Positions 1 to 10,079 of a stretch of 64,000 bases of DNA are shown here, piece by piece. Location of the stretch: positions 1-64,000 of the forward strand of contig JBFGZE010000006.1 in assembly GCA_041586955.1 (NCBI GenBank), in the 5' to 3' direction. The position numbers were made by a program, and so were the translations under genes. Numbering within the stretch: the first letter of the stretch is position 1; each line of letters opens with the position of its first letter. The notes beneath the pieces were generated by a model. That model made no database searches and was not told where the DNA came from. It was given only the letters and a program-made list of their open reading frames with translations. Source of the stretch: Bacteriovoracaceae bacterium (GTDB taxonomy: Bacteria > Bdellovibrionota > Bacteriovoracia > Bacteriovoracales > Bacteriovoracaceae).

Positions 1-1221
1 GGCCCTTTTTAACCTCATTAGACAGGTATTTCTATCGGGGGCCGAAACTATAACCTTGGCCAACATAGAATCATAAAAAGGTGGAACTTTATAACCGCTA
101 TAAATGAAATCATCGACACGAATCCCCAGGCCACCAGGTCGGTGATAGTGGATAATCTCACCCGGAGATGGGGCAAAGGTAAGCGGATCCTCAGCATTTA
201 TCCGGCATTCAATAACATGACCGGTAAATGTAATATCCTGTTGAGTATAGGAAAGTTTTTCCCCTTGGGCGGAACGAATCATTTCGGCAATCAAGTCGAT
301 CCCAGTTCTTTGTTCAGTCACTGGGTGCTCAACTTGAATCCTTGTATTCATTTCCATGAAATAGAATTTATTCGCATCTAAATCATAAAGAAATTCGACA
401 GTCCCTGCTGAGTCGTAATTTACATACTTTGCTAAGTCGACGGCGGATTGACAAATCTCTTGTCTTATTTTTTCTGTAATTACCGGACTTGGAGACTCTT
501 CAATTATTTTTTGAAAGCGACGTTGAACCGTGCAATCTCTTTCTCCAAGGTGAACAACATTGCCATGCCTATCGGCAATAATTTGAACTTCTATATGGCG
601 AGGATTCGTAATATATTTTTCTATAAATAAAGTGTCATCGCCAAAGCCAAGCATGGCCTCGGTTTTTAAACGTTCAATCGTGGGAAGAAGGTCATCCATA
701 TTATCAACCATCTTCATTCCGCGACCACCACCCCCGGCCGATGCTTTTATTAATACGGGAAAGCTCATTTCCAGAACATTGGCCTTAATGGTTTCATCAT
801 CTAGCTCATTAACTCTTATAGGCTTAAGAACCGGTAGTCCCGCTTTTTCGGCCAAGTCTTTAGAGAAAATTTTATCGCCCAATTGTTCGATACACTTTGT
901 ATTAGGACCAATGAACTCCAAATCCCATTTTTTGCAAAGCTCTGCAAACTCTTTATTCTCAGACAAAAATCCGAATCCTGGATGAACCGCCTGCGCCCCC
1001 GTAATTTCTGCTGCTGATAAAATCGCTGGCACATTGAGATAACTAAGCGAAGACTTTGCTGGTCCAACACAAACAGACTCATCTGCCATCTTTACGTGGA
1101 GGGAATTTTCATCGGCGGAAGAGTGAACACAAACGGTCTCAATCCCCATTTCCTTGCAAGTTCTTAAAATTCGAACTGCAATTTCACCTCTATTTGCAAT
1201 TAATACTTTATTAAATTTCAT
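1..1221 (-). CDS. accC: acetyl-CoA carboxylase biotin carboxylase subunit (3' end runs off window)
   Basis: Not in the ORF track. Manual translation from ATG at 1221 gives MKFNKVLIANRGEIAVRILRTCKEMGIETVCVHS, then IHPGFGFLSEN, KASAGGGGRGM and EMNTRIQVEHPVTE. Directly downstream of accB. Confidence 0.97.
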   Translation of the reverse strand, partial: MKFNKVLIANRGEIAVRILRTCKEMGIETVCVHSSADENSLHVKMADESVCVGPAKSSLSYLNVPAILSAAEITGAQAVHPGFGFLSENKEFAELCKKWDLEFIGPNTKCIEQLGDKIFSKDLAEKAGLPVLKPIRVNELDDETIKANVLEMSFPVLIKASAGGGGRGMKMVDNMDDLLPTIERLKTEAMLGFGDDTLFIEKYITNPRHIEVQIIADRHGNVVHLGERDCTVQRRFQKIIEESPSPVITEKIRQEICQSAVDLAKYVNYDSAGTVEFLYDLDANKFYFMEMNTRIQVEHPVTEQRTGIDLIAEMIRSAQGEKLSYTQQDITFTGHVIECRINAEDPLTFAPSPGEIIHYHRPGGLGIRVDDFIYSGYKVPPFYDSMLAKVIVSAPDRNTCLMRLKRA

Positions 1222-1236
1222 AGTGCTTTCTTATCA

Positions 1237-1680
1237 TTAGGGTCTAACTCTAAAAAGAACTTGGCCAAACTCGACATAAGTCTCATTTTCAACACAAATT
1301 TCAACAATCTCGCCACTAACTTCGGATTCAATTTCATTCATGATCTTCATTGCTTCAACAATGCATAGTACCTTACCACCACTGATACGATCGCCCTCTT
1401 TGATATAGGGTGCACTTTCAGGTGAGGCCGAACGATAAAAGGTTCCGACAAATGGTGAAGTGATTTCGATTAGGTTTGTATCAGCGCTGCTTTTACTATC
1501 TTGACCTGTATCGGCAATCTGCACTCCTGGTGCTTGGGCGGGCATTGCCATCGGCATCATTGGCTGATTGGAATAAGGAAGTTTTACCTTAATTTTCTCA
1601 TCATCACTTTCGTAATATAATTCACTAACACCGGCTTCTTTCGCCAATTCGATAAAAGTTCTTAGCTTTTTTTCATCCAT
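1237..1680 (-). CDS. accB: biotin carboxyl carrier protein
   Basis: EAMKIMNEI biotinylation motif, SPFVGTFY motif and Pro/Ala-rich linker. Confidence 0.97.
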   Translation of the reverse strand: MDEKKLRTFIELAKEAGVSELYYESDDEKIKVKLPYSNQPMMPMAMPAQAPGVQIADTGQDSKSSADTNLIEITSPFVGTFYRSASPESAPYIKEGDRISGGKVLCIVEAMKIMNEIESEVSGEIVEICVENETYVEFGQVLFRVRP

Positions 1681-1684
1681 AACT

Positions 1685-2254
1685 CTAACCTTTTACTCTT
1701 TCCACATATTCATTGGTACGCGTATCAATTTTAATAATCTCCCCTTCTTTAATAAAAAGAGGAACGTTAATTTGAGCACCAGTCTCTAGTACAGCTTTTT
1801 TTGTTCCTCCTTGAGCGGTATCACCCTTAAGTCCTGGATCAGTCTGAGTGATTTTCAAGGCAACAAAATTGGGAAGCTCAATACTGATTGGCTTACCATT
1901 ATAATAAAGGAGTTTTAACTTAATCCCCTCTTGTAGAAAGTCTTTAGCATCACCCACATATTCTTCAGCAACATGAATTGTTTCATAAGTCTTTTGGTCC
2001 ATGAAATTATATCCATCGACATCACCGTACATATATTCAACATCTAATTCATCAAGGTCGGGGGCAACTAGCCCCGTACTGACACCAGACTTAAAAGTTC
2101 TTTCAATGACAGCACCTGATTCTAAATTTTTCATTCTACATTTAAAAAATGCTGAACCCTTACCAGGATTAGTAAAGTCAGCTTTAATAATAACAAAAGG
2201 CTTTCCTTCCATTTCTACTTTAAGGCCTTTGCGTAAATCTGTTGTTTGAATCAT
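1685..2254 (-). CDS. efp: elongation factor P
   Basis: PGKG loop, PGLKGDT and C-terminal VPLFIKEGE..IDTR..EYVER motifs. Confidence 0.97.
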   Translation of the reverse strand: MIQTTDLRKGLKVEMEGKPFVIIKADFTNPGKGSAFFKCRMKNLESGAVIERTFKSGVSTGLVAPDLDELDVEYMYGDVDGYNFMDQKTYETIHVAEEYVGDAKDFLQEGIKLKLLYYNGKPISIELPNFVALKITQTDPGLKGDTAQGGTKKAVLETGAQINVPLFIKEGEIIKIDTRTNEYVERVKG

Positions 2255-2694
2255 AATGTCCTCTCTATTAACCTTTCTAAGGCCAATGCTGCTATGTAAT
2301 ACGAATCTGGTCCAAGCCCCTCCATTATTATGGTCGAGGCCTTGGCCGTCAACTTATTCAGGCGAAAGGGTTCTCGATTATGAGCATTAGATAGATGAAC
2401 TTCAATTTTTGGGATTGATAAAGTTTTCAAGGCGTCCAAAATAGCGACACTTGAGTGAGAATATCCTGCGGGGTTAATAATGATTCCATGGTAGCCAGCA
2501 CTAGTGGCGCCCTGTATCAAATCAATAATCTCACCTTCATGGTTTGACTGTTCCCAAACCAATTGAAACTGGCTTTCTTTAGTCGCATCATTGGTCGCCT
2601 TCTCAATATCCTTTAAGGAACTGCTGCCATAAACATCAGGCTCTCTTGTTCCAAGAAGGTTTAAATTTGGACCATTAATGATTAAAAACTTCAT
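2251..2694 (-). CDS. aroQ: type II 3-dehydroquinate dehydratase
   Basis: NGPNLNLLGTREPDVYG, QSNHEG, INPAGYSH and EVHLSN motifs. Start moved to ATG 2694 (MKFLIING). Confidence 0.95.
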   Translation of the reverse strand: MKFLIINGPNLNLLGTREPDVYGSSSLKDIEKATNDATKESQFQLVWEQSNHEGEIIDLIQGATSAGYHGIIINPAGYSHSSVAILDALKTLSIPKIEVHLSNAHNREPFRLNKLTAKASTIIMEGLGPDSYYIAALALERLIERTL

Positions 2695-2773
2695 GCTACC
2701 GTCCTCGATCTTTCGACGAATCGTAGCATACAAATGAAACCTTCTAAAACCGATTTTTTTGGCCAAAAAGAGC

Positions 2774-3721
2774 TTATTTTCTAGAACTCAGGTGGGATTT
2801 GAGATTTTTTAATTGATCAACTGCCGCTTTTCTTTTCTTAAGTAACTCTACTTCAGCAAGAGACATTTTTTGATCGAATAAATTCATTAAGTCATTATGA
2901 CCTTTGGACTCATTATCTATTATATCTGACGCGGCTTCACAAGGATCTTGCACTAAAAGCTGTGAAACTTTAGCTTCGGCTTTTTCAGTTTTCGTTTCAG
3001 TTTTAGCTTTTGTTTCTGTTTTAGCTTTTGTTTCCGGCCTGTCATGCTCATCGAGCGCATCTAAATAATCAATGGCCAAGTCTTCACGGTTCATTTTTTT
3101 AAAGATGTTGGCAACTCCATTTTCGCTCAATTTGGGAGTTGGTCTTTGAACAACCCATTCGTCATCATTATTTTTATTATCATTACCAGACTGATCATCG
3201 CTGCTTGTCAGATCAAATGGTGCCCAATTATCAACTTCTTCATCTAGGTTCTCAAGATCAAAGTAAGTTTCACTTATTTCAAGATTATTTTGAGCGTTAG
3301 TGGCGACTTTCACTTCCAAAGTTTTCACTTTTTCTGCTATCGACTCATCCTTAGGGTTAATGAATAAAAGATATTTATACGCTGCAAGAGCTTCCTCCCA
3401 TTCCTCTAGGTGGAAACAAATATCAGCAAATACTCGCTGTAATTTTATATTATCTTTATAAGAGTTTTCTAAGGGTTTTAAAGTTGAATAGGCCAATTGC
3501 CATTGGCCCAAATCAATATAGCATTGAGCTAAACCGATATAGCCTAAAATATAACTGGGGTTAAATTGAATGCCTTTTTTCAAGGTATTAAGGGCCTTAT
3601 CAATAAGCCCCAATTTTCTATAGGCTTCGGCCAAGGGAGCAAATACACGAGAAGACGGATCGCTCCTTAAAGCTTTTGTGTATTTAATAATTAATGGCGA
3701 TTGATTGATTTGGTTTGCCAT
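2774..3721 (-). CDS. TPR-repeat protein with acidic/low-complexity C-terminal region
   Basis: N-terminal TPR-like helices (LAEAYRKLG, LAQCYIDLG, EEALAAYK) followed by a D/E/N-rich tail. Confidence 0.75.
   Translation of the reverse strand: MANQINQSPLIIKYTKALRSDPSSRVFAPLAEAYRKLGLIDKALNTLKKGIQFNPSYILGYIGLAQCYIDLGQWQLAYSTLKPLENSYKDNIKLQRVFADICFHLEEWEEALAAYKYLLFINPKDESIAEKVKTLEVKVATNAQNNLEISETYFDLENLDEEVDNWAPFDLTSSDDQSGNDNKNNDDEWVVQRPTPKLSENGVANIFKKMNREDLAIDYLDALDEHDRPETKAKTETKAKTETKTEKAEAKVSQLLVQDPCEAASDIIDNESKGHNDLMNLFDQKMSLAEVELLKKRKAAVDQLKNLKSHLSSRK
2988..3035. repeat. 18-bp tandem repeat (ETKAKT x2 plus partial copy) inside the TPR gene
   Basis: gttttagcttttgtttc(t/c) at 3000-3017 and 3018-3035, partial copy at 2988-2999. 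Confidence 0.7.
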
Positions 3722-3724
3722 ATC

Positions 3725-5551
3725 TTACGTATTATCAATTAGGCCAGCTTCTTCTTGGTTAATGACCCTTGGCGTAATAAAGATAATAATTTCCCTTTTA
3801 CTTGTTTCTGGGGCATACGGGGTGCGAAATAACCACCCTACAAGAGGTACATCTTTGAGAAAGGGTACCCCAGAATGCGATTCCAGCTTAGTATATTCAT
3901 ATAAACCACCCAAGACAATAGTGGATCCATTATCAACGAGCACGTTGGTTTTAATTTCATTTCCGGTCCGTCGAGGTGGCCCATTGGCAAAAGGACGATC
4001 ACCAAAGTCTTCTTTTTTAAGCTCGATCTCTAAAATAATAGAGCCCTCGTTTGTGATTTGTGGCGTAACTTGTAACTCTAGCTTCGCTTCAACTTCCTCA
4101 AATGAGACGACCTGATCTTCACCTGAACCCTCAATTTTTCTAAAACTATTACTCTTCGTTGATTTTAATTTTGCTTGCTTTTTATTTTGGGTAATCACTT
4201 TGGGGCTTGAGATAATTTTCCCTTTCGACTCTGATTCCATTAATTGAAGAGTAAAATCCAAGTCAACAAGGCGTCTAAATCTTGCCACCGTAAAACTAAA
4301 AAGATTACGAATATTATCACCACTATTTGCTGGTGCAGAACTAAAGACAAAGCCAGGACCTGCATCTGTCCCAGGAGTTACTGCAGCATCACCAACTACA
4401 CTTCGGGCCCGAACCGGATCACCTATTGGATCATAACCAACCTTTAGGCCATTTCGTAAGCCTATTTCTTTGGCATAGGCCTCATTCACTTCAACTATTT
4501 TTGATTGAATAAGAACCTGAGGTGTTTGCTTATCAAGCAACTCCACAATCTTTTTCATTTTTTCGATAATTTCCGGAGTGTCCTTAATAATAAGTGCATT
4601 GGTGCGCGTATCTTCAGTTATTTTGCCGCGGTTCTTTGTTAAATACTCCTTTAAAATTTTTATTAGATCTGTTGTTTGAGCATAACTTATAGGAAATATT
4701 CTCGTCACAAGAGGCTCTTGAATTTCAACAAGCTTTTTTGCCTCTTGTTCAGCTTCCTTATCCCTCGTGGCCTCGGCCAAGGTTTGGACCATGAGAATAG
4801 TGCCATTCTTTTTGGCCACTAATTTATTAAGACTAAGTATTGTATCGAGAATTTGATCCCAAGGTGTATTATTTAAGTTAAGACTTAAGGGTCGTAGTTT
4901 TTTAATATCCTCTGTAACAATGATATTAAAACCTGATGCTTCGGCCATCATTTTTAATAAATCATGGACAGCAACATCCCGAACATTAAGACTCACCCTT
5001 TTACCAATATACTTCTTCCGGCCAGATAGAGTTAAGTTTTCTAAGATATCCTCAATATTTTGTGATTTTGGTATATTGATTTTGCTGGCGTGATCTTTTT
5101 CACCTGTATATTGATTATCCTGTCCCTCTTGATTCAATAATTTCTGGTCGAAAACCCCAAAGCGATTTTCTATATCGACGAATATTTGGGTACCACCGGT
5201 TTTGAGGATAGAGCGCACATTATCTCTTAACTGCAGTGCAATTCTAATATCGCTGGTAGTTCCTGGTTTTTTATAGGCAGATACAAACACAACTGACCCT
5301 GAAAACTCGCTCGTATCAAACGCTCTCATTACACGAGCAGTCGATTGCACGTTTTTCACATCAATTATTATTTGTTTATCATCTGTTATGTGAAATTTTT
5401 TGGCCTCAACACCCTCTTTATCAAACTCTAGGACAAGTCGAGAGTATGCCCCTACCTGCTTGAAGTTGATCCCATTGAGATTTGCTATTTTACACCAGAT
5501 ATTACTGACCGAAAAGGTGAGCAATGTAAATACTATTGCCTTTATCTTCAT
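3725..5551 (-). CDS. pilQ: type IV pilus secretin with N-terminal AMIN-like domain
   Basis: Signal peptide, secretin N domains (PWDQILD, DTRTNALII), QVLIQSKIVEV, and C-terminal GVPFLKDVPLVGWLFR...IIIFITPRVI. Confidence 0.95.
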   Translation of the reverse strand: MKIKAIVFTLLTFSVSNIWCKIANLNGINFKQVGAYSRLVLEFDKEGVEAKKFHITDDKQIIIDVKNVQSTARVMRAFDTSEFSGSVVFVSAYKKPGTTSDIRIALQLRDNVRSILKTGGTQIFVDIENRFGVFDQKLLNQEGQDNQYTGEKDHASKINIPKSQNIEDILENLTLSGRKKYIGKRVSLNVRDVAVHDLLKMMAEASGFNIIVTEDIKKLRPLSLNLNNTPWDQILDTILSLNKLVAKKNGTILMVQTLAEATRDKEAEQEAKKLVEIQEPLVTRIFPISYAQTTDLIKILKEYLTKNRGKITEDTRTNALIIKDTPEIIEKMKKIVELLDKQTPQVLIQSKIVEVNEAYAKEIGLRNGLKVGYDPIGDPVRARSVVGDAAVTPGTDAGPGFVFSSAPANSGDNIRNLFSFTVARFRRLVDLDFTLQLMESESKGKIISSPKVITQNKKQAKLKSTKSNSFRKIEGSGEDQVVSFEEVEAKLELQVTPQITNEGSIILEIELKKEDFGDRPFANGPPRRTGNEIKTNVLVDNGSTIVLGGLYEYTKLESHSGVPFLKDVPLVGWLFRTPYAPETSKREIIIFITPRVINQEEAGLIDNT

Positions 5552-5641
5552 ATATCCTCTTCCTAAGGAGTTATGTGTATTATTAATATTTTAACTGATC
5601 TTTTAAAAAAAGCATCCCTTAAGATTATCAGAGTGTAAGTC

Positions 5642-6142
5642 TCAAGTTTCGTTGGACACAGGAATGATTGTTTCTATGTATTCTTCTTGGTCATATATAT
5701 TTTTAATTTTTTCAACAAGTACGATTCCCCCTGGTAAAATGGCCTTTATCTCAGCATCATTTAGGCCCAACTTCATCCCCTCAGTAAGAATAAAAGAGTC
5801 CTTTGATAGCCCATCCCCGTTCGCAAGACGAGCAATTGCTCGGCGATTTTTGCCCAGTAGCACACCAACAATTCTTATTTTATCCAGCGGAATAGAGGAA
5901 ATCGTTGGGATATTGGAGTATTTATTATTCACTAAAAATTTGCCAAATGACTTTTTGGTAGAAGTTCCCTTGGTACGAACCTTTTTAAAAGGGTCTCGTA
6001 ACTCCATTGGGTTTTTAATATAGGTTTTAGTATTTGAAAAAAAATCAAATTGTTGGCCACTTGAAACTGATTCTCTGGCCTGTGCATTTAATTGAGTTCC
6101 CATAAAGAGAGAAATCATTAGAAGTATCGTTTTAACTTTCAT
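5642..6142 (-). CDS. pilP: type IV pilus assembly protein PilP-like
   Basis: RDPF motif and IVGVL..RAI..G..LG..AEIKAI beta domain. Lies between pilO and pilQ. Confidence 0.8.
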   Translation of the reverse strand: MKVKTILLMISLFMGTQLNAQARESVSSGQQFDFFSNTKTYIKNPMELRDPFKKVRTKGTSTKKSFGKFLVNNKYSNIPTISSIPLDKIRIVGVLLGKNRRAIARLANGDGLSKDSFILTEGMKLGLNDAEIKAILPGGIVLVEKIKNIYDQEEYIETIIPVSNET

Positions 6143-6716
6143 CGCCTAACTTCTCTTTTTCCTTATTGTAACGATAGACCTCAAGGTCAATCTCTGCATC
6201 GACCTTTTGAAAACGGCCTTTATTACTTTTTCTATTGGCCTTAAAGCTAACACCTTTTACATTATATACTCTTTCTTGCTTTGATATTTTTTCCAAAAAT
6301 ATCAAAAACTGCAAATAAGTACCTGACGCGTTATATTTAAAGCTCTTCACAGAATAAAATCCCTTATTTAGTTCACTGCCGGGAGCAGTTTGTGAGCTTT
6401 TTATATTTATATCTTTTGAAATATTTTTTAATAAGCTAATGACCGCAGAATTGTTAATTTTTTCAGGTAATTTTCTTTTAATCTCTTCAAATTTTTTATT
6501 CGCTTGATCAAATTCGGTTTGAGCGTTCTTAAGATCTTTTTTAAATTGTTGAATTTTTTTCCACTTTTTTCTTTCTCGAGTAATGGAACCTTCAATAGCA
6601 GGAAGCCTATCCCTTTGTGCACTTATAAGGTTTTGGCCTTCTTCCCAATTGCTGTACTGGGAATAACTAAAATAAATCGCAAAAATTAACCATAAATTTT
6701 TTAATAATTTTTCCAT
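6132..6716 (-). CDS. pilO: type IV pilus assembly protein PilO
   Basis: N-terminal TM, coiled coil, LPEK and GTYLQFLIFLEKISKQERVYNV motif. Confidence 0.88.
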   Translation of the reverse strand: MEKLLKNLWLIFAIYFSYSQYSNWEEGQNLISAQRDRLPAIEGSITRERKKWKKIQQFKKDLKNAQTEFDQANKKFEEIKRKLPEKINNSAVISLLKNISKDINIKSSQTAPGSELNKGFYSVKSFKYNASGTYLQFLIFLEKISKQERVYNVKGVSFKANRKSNKGRFQKVDAEIDLEVYRYNKEKEKLGDES

Positions 6717-7343
6717 TTACTGGCCCATTTCCCAAGCATCGTAATACTTTATTGTGCCTTCAACCTCAAAATTTTCAACGCGATACTCTTTACTTCTCTC
6801 TTTTTCGCGCACTGTTTCAGTATTTGCGAGATTAATGCTATCACCAAAATAACCCATTCTCCGAGCGCTTGTAATAAATTGATCAATACTTGAAAATTCT
6901 TCCGCGCCACCTATAATTTTAACCTTGCCGCCATTTTCGATACTCAATTCATCAAACCAGAGGTCTTTAGGCATAATTCTCGCCAACTCTTCTAGAATTT
7001 TCTGTGGATTCGTTCGCAACTTCATTAACTCATCAACTTGTCCCATTCTCGTTTCGACAAGTTTCTTTCTTTCATTTAACTTGCGGATTTTAGTGTCCAA
7101 TTCACGATTTTCTTTTTTTCTATTTAAACTACGAATTTTTTTTAATTCTCCTTGTAATTCCTTTTCCTTTATATCTACTAGTTTTTTTTCACCCGATTGA
7201 TATTCTTCAAGAGCAAAACTTAGGCCGTAATTAATGAGAATCACCAAAATAATGGGAACAGGCCTAATCTTTGTAAGATCAGCGCCCGCAAAACTGATGC
7301 TCATTTTTTTTCGTTTTTTAACAATTAAATTAATTTCAATCAT
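6717..7343 (-). CDS. pilN: type IV pilus assembly protein PilN
   Basis: MIEINLI PilM-binding motif, TM, coiled coil, and LEELARIMPKDLWFDEL. Confidence 0.9.
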   Translation of the reverse strand: MIEINLIVKKRKKMSISFAGADLTKIRPVPIILVILINYGLSFALEEYQSGEKKLVDIKEKELQGELKKIRSLNRKKENRELDTKIRKLNERKKLVETRMGQVDELMKLRTNPQKILEELARIMPKDLWFDELSIENGGKVKIIGGAEEFSSIDQFITSARRMGYFGDSINLANTETVREKERSKEYRVENFEVEGTIKYYDAWEMGQ

Positions 7344-8443
7344 TGTTTATTTCTCATGCCCAGGCCTAAAACCTGAACCCCTTTATAAGCAATTTCTTGA
7401 ATCATATCTTCACTTATTCTATTGCTGTTATATTCAAATCGCTCAAAGGGATTCATAATTTCCACACGAACACCAATGAGTGCCTCTAGTCCCTCGACAA
7501 GGCCTGGAATCAAGGCTCCTCCACCAGTAACAACACAATTTTCCAAAGAATCATCGCTACTCGAGGCAACATAAAAATCATAAGTCTTTTTTATTTCAGC
7601 AAAGAATGATTCGACAACCTCATCAACGATTTCTAAAATTTCTTCCGGTAAGTTTTTATTTTCATCTCCCGTTATTTTTAGATCCTCGGCTTCCAGGTAA
7701 TTTACACCCATTTGTCGCTGAATCTCCTCAGTGATCATCACACCACCAATATTCATTTCTTTCGAAAAGACCATGGTATGGCCTTTATAAATAATAAATT
7801 CCGTTTTTTGGGCGCCGAGGTCTAAAACCAGCCAAGAGCCTTCAGATAAGAGTAATCTCTCCTCATAGACATATTCGAGAACATTAATAATGGCAGTCAT
7901 TGCCATATCAACAATTTTAACGCGGTAGCCAGCATCCTCGACAATTCCCTTAAAGCTTTCAATCACATCATTACGAGCACCTGCAACAATAACGTCAACT
8001 CCACCGCCTTCATTTTCACCAAGAACATGATAAGAAATAGTGGAGTCATCAACACTAAAAGGTAGGTATTGTTCTGCTTCCCAAATCGCCTGGTCTTCAA
8101 TTTCTTCGTCACTCCCCCCTGCCAATTGCAGTTTTTTGGTAACAGTATTGGGGCCAAATACTCCCACACAGACGTTTTTACTTTTTATTTGACCATTCTC
8201 AAAGGCCATTTGAATGGCATCAATGATCTCCTCGTCCTTTTGAATTTCATCCTCAATAATAGCGCCTTCTGCCAAAGGAGCAGTTCCATAACTTTCTAAC
8301 GTAAATTGGTTCTTTTTATGATCATAAGTCACTTCCGCACATTTAACGGCAGAAAGACCAATATCCACTCCCACAATAGTGCTACCTGTTAGCTTTAATG
8401 CGCCTAGTGCCTGAGCGAAAGTGTCGACTATATTTCCGGCCAT
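7340..8443 (-). CDS. pilM: type IV pilus assembly protein PilM (actin-like)
   Basis: VGVDIGLSAVK, WEAEQYLPF, LDLGAQKT, VTGGGALIPGL and GLGMR motifs. Confidence 0.95.
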   Translation of the reverse strand: MAGNIVDTFAQALGALKLTGSTIVGVDIGLSAVKCAEVTYDHKKNQFTLESYGTAPLAEGAIIEDEIQKDEEIIDAIQMAFENGQIKSKNVCVGVFGPNTVTKKLQLAGGSDEEIEDQAIWEAEQYLPFSVDDSTISYHVLGENEGGGVDVIVAGARNDVIESFKGIVEDAGYRVKIVDMAMTAIINVLEYVYEERLLLSEGSWLVLDLGAQKTEFIIYKGHTMVFSKEMNIGGVMITEEIQRQMGVNYLEAEDLKITGDENKNLPEEILEIVDEVVESFFAEIKKTYDFYVASSSDDSLENCVVTGGGALIPGLVEGLEALIGVRVEIMNPFERFEYNSNRISEDMIQEIAYKGVQVLGLGMRNKQ

Positions 8444-8473
8444 AATTACTTTAAACTCCTAATTACTCCAAAT

Positions 8474-8482
8474 ATTATACCA
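8474..8482 (-). promoter_or_regulatory. putative extended -10 promoter (TGGTATAAT) for pilMNOPQ
   Basis: Minus-strand TGnTATAAT about 30 nt upstream of the pilM ATG, followed by an AGGAG Shine-Dalgarno. Confidence 0.45.
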
Positions 8483-8520
8483 ACAAATTATATATTTTGC
8501 TCTTTTAAATAATACTCAAG

Positions 8521-9303
8521 TCAAATAAGCAGGTAAGATAAAATCCGTTGGTAAATTTGAGGGAAAAAAATTTGAATGGAGGCCACTATTAAAATATAGG
8601 GCCCAAAGGCCAGCCTAATATCAAGTTTGTTACGACCTATAGCAATAATAATAAGGCCACAAATGCTTCCAAGAAAACAACTAAGAAAAATATTTTGAAC
8701 GATTCCCTGTATACCTAAATAGACGCCCAAGATGCCAAATAGTTTAATATCACCTCCACCTAGTCCAATTTTTTTTCTAATCAGATAATAGACGTAAGTA
8801 ACTAAATACGGCAGTCCAAAGCCTATCAGACCACCGAGAAAACTATCTAAGATGGAGTTTTTTAAAAATGCAAGAGGGATAAGAATTAAGAGTACGTATA
8901 AATTGAGTTTATTCGGCAATAATTGAAATTCAATATCGATAAAAAACAAGGCCAGAAAGCTACAAAATAAATTCAGCTTTAAAAAGAAAATGGCCAACGC
9001 ATTTAAAGTTAAATGATCCGGAAATATGATAATCGCCATAATTCCCGCGATGGCCTCGACGAAAGGGTATCGCCATGAAATTGGGTTGTGACAATACGAA
9101 CATTTTCCGCGCAGGAACATCCAGGAGAAAATTGGGATATTCATATACCATCTAATTAAGTTTTTACAATTTGGGCACGATGACCGATCAAAAATCAGAT
9201 CCAGCTTGCGAGGAATTCGATAAATGGCAGCGTTGGTAAAGCTACCTAGCATCGCTCCAAATACAAATACAAAAATGACAAGTTCAATTGGCAAGGTCAT
9301 CAA
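8521..9303 (-). CDS. pilD: prepilin peptidase / N-methyltransferase
   Basis: GSFTNAAIYRIP, CPNC and CSYC zinc motifs, FIDIEFQLLPN and GGGDIKL catalytic aspartates, LAFGPY. Confidence 0.96.
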   Translation of the reverse strand: MMTLPIELVIFVFVFGAMLGSFTNAAIYRIPRKLDLIFDRSSCPNCKNLIRWYMNIPIFSWMFLRGKCSYCHNPISWRYPFVEAIAGIMAIIIFPDHLTLNALAIFFLKLNLFCSFLALFFIDIEFQLLPNKLNLYVLLILIPLAFLKNSILDSFLGGLIGFGLPYLVTYVYYLIRKKIGLGGGDIKLFGILGVYLGIQGIVQNIFLSCFLGSICGLIIIAIGRNKLDIRLAFGPYILIVASIQIFFPQIYQRILSYLLI

Positions 9304-10079
9304 TCTAGATTTTTCCTTGAAAATACAATGCTATTAACAATATTAAGAAATGAAATATAACCAATCGCATAAATAAAGCAACTTAGACGAAAGCTATAAT
9401 CAACACTTTGGTTATATAAGAGATAATCTCTAAAGTTAAGGAGTTTAAAATTAGGCATGATAAATTTAATAACTTCTAAAATATTTCTAAGGCCACTATT
9501 ATTGTGGACATAAAGAGAGTTCGCAATTGGATCAAGTCCATAACTGATAAAAAAGATTCCCAGGCCGTATATAAAAGCAAGTATAGGGTTTGTCACGAGT
9601 GAAAAGAAGATGACAAGAACCATTAATAGCATGGCCTCCAAGATGGTCATCACAATTGTCATTAATAAAAACTCATCGATTACCCCGCCGTTAATCCCGT
9701 AAAAAAAAAGGCAAAAGATACTTAAGATGGCCGTATTAATGATAAGAATAGAGGAAAGTCCTAAGGTCTTACCCAGAATAAAATAATATCGCTTAATAGG
9801 CTTTGAAAGAACCATATAGACGGTACGAGTTTCAATTTCTTTTGAGATCAGGCCAATACCAAAAAAAAGTGCAATGCCTTTCGTGGAAATGGAGACCATG
9901 GCCATGCCTAGATCAAGTGAAATTTTCAGGGGGGCTCCAAAGGTGAATTCCTTCCCCACAAAAGTAAGAATACCTAAAGCAATACCTAAAATTAGCGAGT
10001 TCGTCATAACTTTAGAACGTAAAATGTCCCAAATAGTAAACTTTGCAATAATGAATATGGCCTGAAAGTTATAATTCAT
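9300..10079 (-). CDS. pilus-associated ABC transporter permease (PilI-like)
   Basis: About 6 TM helices and EIETRTVYMVLSKPIKR..FILGK ABC-2 motif. Sits in the pil cluster. Confidence 0.85.
   Translation of the reverse strand: MNYNFQAIFIIAKFTIWDILRSKVMTNSLILGIALGILTFVGKEFTFGAPLKISLDLGMAMVSISTKGIALFFGIGLISKEIETRTVYMVLSKPIKRYYFILGKTLGLSSILIINTAILSIFCLFFYGINGGVIDEFLLMTIVMTILEAMLLMVLVIFFSLVTNPILAFIYGLGIFFISYGLDPIANSLYVHNNSGLRNILEVIKFIMPNFKLLNFRDYLLYNQSVDYSFRLSCFIYAIGYISFLNIVNSIVFSRKNLD

Noticed and set aside
142..1082. Short ORFs at 142, 448, 632 and 816
   Set aside because: Antisense or off-frame shadows of accC, which the track missed because it runs off the window.
2695..2766. 24-aa N-terminal extension of AroQ
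   Set aside because: Family homology begins at MKFLIING, which has a GAGG SD upstream.
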